Positions 58,483 through 64,000 of a DNA stretch of 64,000 nt are shown here, in pieces. A program made the position numbers and the translations under genes. The notes beneath the pieces are model-generated. The model was given only the letters and a program-made list of their open reading frames with translations. It ran no database searches and was not told the origin of the DNA. The first letter of the stretch is position 1. The number at the start of each line of letters is the position of its first letter. This DNA comes from an uncultured delta proteobacterium (GTDB lineage Bacteria; Desulfobacterota; Binatia; UBA9968), in contig CAWJBB010000033.1 of the NCBI GenBank assembly GCA_963840855.1, positions 1 to 64,000 on the forward strand. Reading direction: 5' to 3'.

Positions 58483-59514
58483 CTATACGGCCCAGCCGTA
58501 GAGTTTCATGGCGTTGGCGCGCGTGATCTTAGCTTTCTGCTGGTCTGATATATCCGTTCTGCCGCGCACTGTCGATACCATATAGGGAAAATTACCGTCC
58601 CAGTGGGGATAGTCGGAGGCGAACAGTATCACATCTTCGCCGGCCTTTTCCAGAACATACGGGAGCGTGTTTTCTTCCGGCTCGGTGGCGTAGAACCAGT
58701 TGCCAGCGGTCATATACGCGCTCGGCTTTTTCTTCAATAGCGGCGCCTCGGATTGGCGCTTCTCCCATTCTTCATCCATCCGGTCCATCCAGTAGGGCAC
58801 CCAGCCGCAACCGCATTCCAAAAAGGCGATGCGCAGGTTGGGAAACTTTTCCGGCACTCCGCCATAAACCAGCGCCGCGCAGTCGATAAAGGTTTCGAAG
58901 GGACGCCCAATGGTGTGGCGGAATAAAAAAGTGTCGAAGCGGATTTCCCCCGCGGGCCCCTGGCGCGAGTTGTGAATCAACAGCGGCGCGTTGAGCTTCT
59001 GTAACTCTTCATAGATCGGCCAGAACAGGGGCTGGCCGATATGTTCTTTCAGCCCAAAGGTGCCGACCGCGATGCCCACAAGGCCGAGCTTGGTTATCGC
59101 CCGCTGGGCTTCTTTGCACGCGGCATCGACATCTTGAAAGGGGACGAGGCCCACGGCTTTTAGGCGCGGGCTTTCGGCGCAGACTGACGCAACCCAATCG
59201 TTGTAACCGCGGCAGTAAGCGGCGGCATAGTCTCTCTCCGGTGTTTGCGTGATGCCAAAACCGCTGGTTGGAAACAAGACTGAAATGTCGATGCCCTCTT
59301 TGTCCATATCGCGCAGCCGGGTCGGCACGTCGTCAACTTGCAAGCCGAGCTTGCCAAACATGCTGGAGTCCCAGACATCGTTTGGCAAAAGTCCGCCCTG
59401 GCGGCGGCAATAGGGCTCAGCCATAAACTTGCGAATATCCGAGTCACGGTCGCGCACATGACCGTCGGCGTCGATAACTCTCACGTCTGCCAAATTTGGG
59501 ACTGCCATGACCAT
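58483..59514 (-). CDS. Amidohydrolase_2 family protein heading the tct operon
   Basis: Motifs IDADGHV, DMDKEGIDISVLFPT, LLIH, EKFPNLRIAFLECG and FASDYPHWD. Confidence 0.93.
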   Translation of the reverse strand: MVMAVPNLADVRVIDADGHVRDRDSDIRKFMAEPYCRRQGGLLPNDVWDSSMFGKLGLQVDDVPTRLRDMDKEGIDISVLFPTSGFGITQTPERDYAAAYCRGYNDWVASVCAESPRLKAVGLVPFQDVDAACKEAQRAITKLGLVGIAVGTFGLKEHIGQPLFWPIYEELQKLNAPLLIHNSRQGPAGEIRFDTFLFRHTIGRPFETFIDCAALVYGGVPEKFPNLRIAFLECGCGWVPYWMDRMDEEWEKRQSEAPLLKKKPSAYMTAGNWFYATEPEENTLPYVLEKAGEDVILFASDYPHWDGNFPYMVSTVRGRTDISDQQKAKITRANAMKLYGWAV

Positions 59515-59667
59515 CTCCTTCGAATACTATCGGATTTACCCAGGCTCCACAGGTTTCGCTATACCGCGCCACCGATTACCATACGACACGATTGAAGGTC
59601 AATGGCGATTTACCCTTTTTCACTGGATGCAACTGTGGTAAATGGGCTCCAAGCATCGAGAGTCATC

Positions 59668-60864
59668 ATGGATTTTCGCCTGACCGAGGAAGAAGAAAAA
59701 CTGCGCAGAAGCGTAGAAGACTTCGTGCGCGACGAATTGATCCCGCTGGAGCCGGAGTTTGCCAACGCGCCGGACATTTTTGAAGGCACGCGGTGGAAAA
59801 GCCGCGCGACCTTGAGCCGCGATCCGGAAATCAAGCGCTACATCGCGCTCATGGACGGCTTGGAAAAAAAGGCTGAAGCGAAGGGGCTCTGGTATCTCGA
59901 CGTGCCGCAGCAATATGGCGGCATGGCGGTGAGCAATGTCGCCATGATCGCCACCACCGAGGAGCTGGAGAAAAGCTCGATTCCTTTTGAATTGGGCAAC
60001 CATGTCTCGAATATTCTCTATAATTGCACGGGCGATCAGGTCGAACGGTTTTTGCTACCCTGCATCCGCGGCGAAAAAACATCCGCCTTCGCTTTGAGCG
60101 AGCCGGCGTCGGGCGCCGATCCGTCGATGTTGCAAACCACGGCGACGCCCAAGGGCGACGACTTCATCATCAACGGCACAAAAATGTTTCCTACCTTCGC
60201 CGATGTCGCGGACTTCGTACAGCTCTTCGCCCGCCTGCCGGGCACCAAGGGGCGCGAAGGCGTTACCTGCTTTCTGATCGACACCGGGGCGCCCGGCTAC
60301 CGCGTCGTGCGCAGCATCGAGACCATCGCGGGAAGCGAGCCCTGCGAGCTGGTCTTCGAAGATTGCCGGGTGCATAAATCGCAGGTGCTGGGCGAAGTGG
60401 GCAACGGCTGGGCGCTCAATCAGGCATGGCTGGGCGCGCGCCGCTTTCAAGTGGGCATGCGGGCGCACGGCATGGCGCGCCGCGTGCTGCGCACCGTGGC
60501 CGACTTGTTGCGTGGCGATGCCAAAGAGGCGGAAAAGTACAGCGGCGCCATCGGCCACTTTCTCGGCGAGCTAGAGGCGCTGAGAACGATCACCTATTAC
60601 GGCGCATGGAAAGCGGATCAAAAACTCGATGTCCGCACCGAAGCTGCCAACGTGAAACTGTTCGGCACCGAGCTATTGCACAAGGTGATCGATTTTGCAC
60701 TGGAAGCGGCCGGTCCGGCCGCGTTTCGCAAACGGCACGCTATCGCGCGGTCGTTCCGTCACGCCCGGGCGCGCCGGATCATCGAAGGGCCGTCGGAAAT
60801 CCAGCGCCATATCATACAACGCGCGCTCTTCAGAGAGGGCGTCGCGCTGTGCGAGTTGATTTGA
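59668..60864 (+). CDS. Acyl-CoA dehydrogenase (catalytic-type subunit)
   Basis: Motifs MDFRLTEE, FALSEPASGAD, INGTKMF, VLGEVGNGW and RIIEGPSEIQR (Glu at the usual catalytic position). Confidence 0.92.
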   Translation: MDFRLTEEEEKLRRSVEDFVRDELIPLEPEFANAPDIFEGTRWKSRATLSRDPEIKRYIALMDGLEKKAEAKGLWYLDVPQQYGGMAVSNVAMIATTEELEKSSIPFELGNHVSNILYNCTGDQVERFLLPCIRGEKTSAFALSEPASGADPSMLQTTATPKGDDFIINGTKMFPTFADVADFVQLFARLPGTKGREGVTCFLIDTGAPGYRVVRSIETIAGSEPCELVFEDCRVHKSQVLGEVGNGWALNQAWLGARRFQVGMRAHGMARRVLRTVADLLRGDAKEAEKYSGAIGHFLGELEALRTITYYGAWKADQKLDVRTEAANVKLFGTELLHKVIDFALEAAGPAAFRKRHAIARSFRHARARRIIEGPSEIQRHIIQRALFREGVALCELI

Positions 60865-60866
60865 AT

Positions 60867-60955
60867 AGGCGAGAGGCGAAAGGCGGTAGGCGTGAGAGTC
60901 GACGGAAAAGCGTGCGTTGCCCTAGAACTCATGCCTGTTGCCTCTCGCCTCACGC
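60867..60955. repeat. Tandem-inverted heptamer element (AGGCGNN)n...(NNYGCCT)n
   Basis: AGGCGAG AGGCGAA AGGCGGT AGGCGTG ... CATGCCT GTTGCCT CTCGCCT CACGC; intergenic between the two ACAD genes. Confidence 0.75.
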
Positions 60956-60968
60956 GCTGAATTCTTTT

Positions 60969-62074
60969 ATGGATTTTAGACTTAGCGAAGAAGAAAAACT
61001 GATTCGCGAAACCGCGGCGCAGTTCGTGCGCCGCGAAATGATGACGCGGGAGCGGGACTATCTCAGGCAGGAAGAGCTGTTTTTGCCGCCCGGTGATCCG
61101 CCGCGGCGCGAGCTCGACCCCGAGGCGTACGATTCTCTGCGCGAAAATCGCCCGGCGTATCGGGCTTTGGGCGCCGGAGCTGCAAACGTCCGGCGAAGGC
61201 GAACCGATGAGCACCGTAGCACGGGTGTTGGTTCATCGGGAGTTCGGCCGGACCATTCTGCCCTTTGAGCCGGCTTTCAATTCCGGCCTTAGTGGCCGGG
61301 ACGCCCTACGCCAAGGATCTAATGGCCGGCAAGCTATCGCTGTCCCTGGCCTTCGATCAGGTTCACGGCACCGGGACCCTCGAGGGCGTCACAACCAGCT
61401 ATCGGCAAGCCGCCGACAGCTTCGCGCTCAGCGTTTCGCGCATGGATATATTAAATCCAGAGGCTGACCTCTTCTTGCTGCCGGCTCGACACGAAGCATC
61501 GGAACAAGTCGGACTATTTCTGATTGCGTCGGATGCGCCGGGACTTTGCATCGATGCCAGCGAGGATTTGACCACGGATGCGATCATCGCCTCGCTTTCG
61601 CTCGACCAGTGCATCGTCAGCAAGGATCAGCTGTTGGGCCATGAATCCGAGATTGCGACGATCGTCGCGTCGGAGCAGTTGCGCATCGCGGCGCGCTGTC
61701 TCGGCATCGCCATGCGTTGCCTCGCCGACACCATCGAGCACGCGCGCAACCGCGTGACCTTCGGCAGGCCGCTTGCGCAGCGCCAGGCGGTTCAATGGAT
61801 GCTGGCCGATTTATCGACCGATATCGCGACGTCGACCTGGCTCACGCTGGAGGCCGCGTGGCGTGCCGATAATGATATGCCGTACTTTCAGGAGGCGGCG
61901 CTGGCGAAGAAACGCGCGGCGAAAATGGCTTTCCAGGCCGCCGATACGGCGATCCAGATACATGGCGGATATGGCGTGTGCAAAGAGTTTCCCTTCGAGG
62001 GCTTCTATCGCGAAGCCCGGCTGATGCGCCTGCTCTATGGACGGGAAGCGGAGATGGATCGGGCGCGCGGGTGA
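60969..62074 (+). CDS. Acyl-CoA dehydrogenase-like subunit lacking the C-terminal catalytic Glu (frameshifts near 61140 and 61278)
   Basis: MDFRLSEEEKLIRETA start; R.TFGRPL..RQAVQW.LAD and AIQIHGGYG present, but the tail is LLYGREAE rather than IxEGxxE. Confidence 0.85.
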
Positions 62075-62084
62075 AAAATTTTTA

Positions 62085-62167
62085 AGGCAAGAGGCATGAG
62101 GCACTGAGGCGCGAGCAGGGCGAGACGAATTTCGTCTTCCTCTACTGTAGCCTCGCGCCTCACGCCT
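62085..62167. repeat. Tandem-inverted heptamer element of the AGGC family, second copy
   Basis: AGGCAAG AGGCATG AGGCACTG AGGCGCG ... TAGCCT CGCGCCT CACGCCT. Confidence 0.72.
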
Positions 62168-62186
62168 GCGACTGAAAGGAGCTAAG

Positions 62187-63339
62187 ATGCGACGAAAAAA
62201 AGTTTGTTTTGTCGGCTACGGTTCGACGGAGTATTCGCGCAAATCGGAGGAGTCGCAATTGGGCCATTATGCGACGGCGATTCGCGCGGCGTTGAATCAG
62301 ACCGGGCTCAAGAAGAACGACATTCACGGGCTGTCGATCACGACGCAGGCGAGTCCCGACACCGCGCCGCATGTGGCGGAGCAGCTGGGTTTTGAATTGG
62401 ATTGGGTATTGAACGGCGATTACGGCGGCGCGGGCGGAGTCGGCGCGGTGCGTCGGGCGGCCGATGCCATCGAGTGCGGCCATCTCGACGTCGCCCTGTT
62501 GGTGGGCGGCAACTCTTTCGATCGAAGCGTGGCGCATCAGCGTCCGCTGGAATACCAGCGCGGCAATTTCGTCGATGTTTACGGCTACGGCGGGCCCAAT
62601 AGCTTGATGGCGTTGATCCAAAGGCTGCACATGGAAAACTTCGGCACGACTTTGGAACAAATTGGCAAGATCGCCGTGGCGCAGCGCTTCAATGCGATCA
62701 ATAATCCGCAGGCGCTGTTTCGCGAGCCGATGTCGATGCAGGACTATCTCAACTCGCGCATGATCTCCGATCCGATCCGGCTGTTCGACTGTGTTATGCC
62801 GTGCTCCGGAGCCGAATGCTTGATTGTCGCTTCAGAGGAAAAAGCCAAACAGATTACCGACAAGCTGGTTTATCTGGTTACAGACGCCGAGAAGGTGCAC
62901 TACCAGGTCGCCAACATGTTGCCGGAGAAGACCACCTTTGGCATGAAAGCGGTGGGCGAGAAAATATTCGCGGAAGTGAAGCGCGAAGACATCGACTTGT
63001 TTGAAATTTACGACGACTATCCGATCGCGGTGATGATCCAGATCGAAGACTTCGGTTACTGCAAAAAAGGCGACGGCGGAAAATTCGTCGACGCTCACGA
63101 TTTGACTTACAACGGCGATTTTCCCGTCAACACCGGCGGCGGCGAGTTGTCCGTCGGCCAAGCCGGCCTTGCAGGCGGTTTTTTGCACGTCGTCGAAGCT
63201 CTGCGGCAACTCAGAGGGCGAAGCCGAAGGCCATCAGGTGAAGAAGGCTGAGCGTGCTTTGGTCACCGGCATCGGCTGGCTCAACTATGGGCGCAATCTC
63301 GGCACCACCGCCGCGCTGGTCATGGAAAGGAGAAAGTAA
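62187..63339 (+). CDS. Thiolase-fold protein of the SCP-x/Ltp2 type (frameshift near 63218)
   Basis: Motifs AVAQRFNA..NP.A, SRMISDPIRLFDC, EIYDDY and PVNTGGGELS. It continues in another frame as EAEGHQVKKAERALVTG..RRK*, overlapping the next start (TAATG). Confidence 0.88.
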
Positions 63340-63756
63340 TGGCTGAAGCAAGGACTCCGCAAAAAAGCTTGCCCAAGATCAATCCCGTCGACGCGCCGTT
63401 TTGGCAAGGCGCCGCAAACGATAAGTTTCTTCTGCAGAAGTGCAAGAGCTGCGGCAAGGTGCAATTCTTCCCGCGCGTCGCCTGTGTCGACTGCTTCGGC
63501 GAGATGGCCTGGATCGAAGTCGAAGGGCACCGGCAAGATTCATACTTTCACGCTAGTGCGCGTGCCGCGCAACCCGGCTTTCAAGGAAGAGGTGCCGATC
63601 TATTATATCAACGTGATCTTGGATGAAGGTGTAATCATTGAAAGCCGATTGGTCGGCGATTCCAAAGAAAAAGTGAAAATGGGCGACCGGGTCAAAGTCG
63701 TTTATCAGGCGACCCACGATCCGACGATAAAGCTGCCGTGCTTTGAGCTGGCATAG
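63339..63756 (+). CDS. DUF35 Zn-ribbon/OB-fold protein (frameshift near 63522)
   Basis: PFWQG, CKSCG..FFPR..C.DC, then G.GKIHTFT...P....V.LDEG....RLV...KMG.RV. Confidence 0.9.
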
Positions 63757-64000
63757 GGGAATTTTGGATTTTCGATTTTGCGATTGTTTTCCGAAAATTC
63801 CCTCCCCGCGAAAGTGGTGGGGGCAGAGTGAGGGAAACCTCTGTGCATAAAAAAATCATAGGCAAAAGGCGTGAGTGGAAAAATGAATAGGAAAGTCGTG
63901 TGGCGGTGCGATATTCAGTTCAGGCACGACGGTGACTTAGTTTGCTTGTGAGGCTACAGCAAAGCTGACTTCGAGGAAGGTAAAATGATTAAAGCCCGAT

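Noticed and set aside
15258-63522. Programmed frameshifting or phase variation as the cause of the split genes
   Set aside because: There are no shared slippery heptamers or long homopolymer tracts, and the sites are scattered over unrelated genes.
63985-64000. Possible gene start (GAGGAAGG then ATG ATT AAA GCC CGA) at the window edge
   Set aside because: Only five codons are visible, so it cannot be identified.
1-64000. tRNA, rRNA, prophage, defence-system or transposase genes
   Set aside because: No cloverleaf or rRNA signatures and no corresponding protein motifs were recognised by eye. Small structured RNAs could still have been missed.

Overview
This is a 64 kb bacterial chromosomal window. 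The abundance of Bug/TctC solute-binding proteins, amidohydrolases, a UbiD and a MetE-like enzyme resembles Candidatus Binatia-type 'Deltaproteobacteria'; that is an inference, since no marker gene is present. (1) 1-16.7 kb holds a sensor kinase and sigma54 response regulator followed by a general-stress island: two ferritin-like proteins, CsbD, several very small membrane proteins (some missing from the ORF track), PBP1A, an AI-2E protein, Hsp20-Lon, GlsB/YeaQ, Crp/Fnr and HPF-CSD. The island contains two paralogous sigma54 promoter/enhancer modules and a second repeated palindromic operator. (2) 16.8-46.5 kb holds catabolic and housekeeping genes: UbiD-Ate, amidohydrolases, MetE-like, a Mo-hydroxylase large subunit, FAD monooxygenase, RlmD, ABC and MFS transporters, IDH-family, M24 and a hybrid kinase. 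(3) 46.7-59.5 kb is a tripartite tricarboxylate transporter locus in which nine tandem Bug/TctC genes (one internally deleted) lie between tctB and tctA. Four of these have signal peptides encoded by the same ~89-bp tandem-inverted-repeat element, whose repeat units also occur as free-standing runs elsewhere in the window. (4) 59.6-63.8 kb encodes two acyl-CoA dehydrogenases, a Cys-less thiolase-fold protein and a DUF35 protein. At least a dozen small frameshifts in otherwise intact genes look like long-read/consensus errors. No rRNA, tRNA, CRISPR array or intact transposase was recognised. All calls are by eye from motifs; no database search was run.
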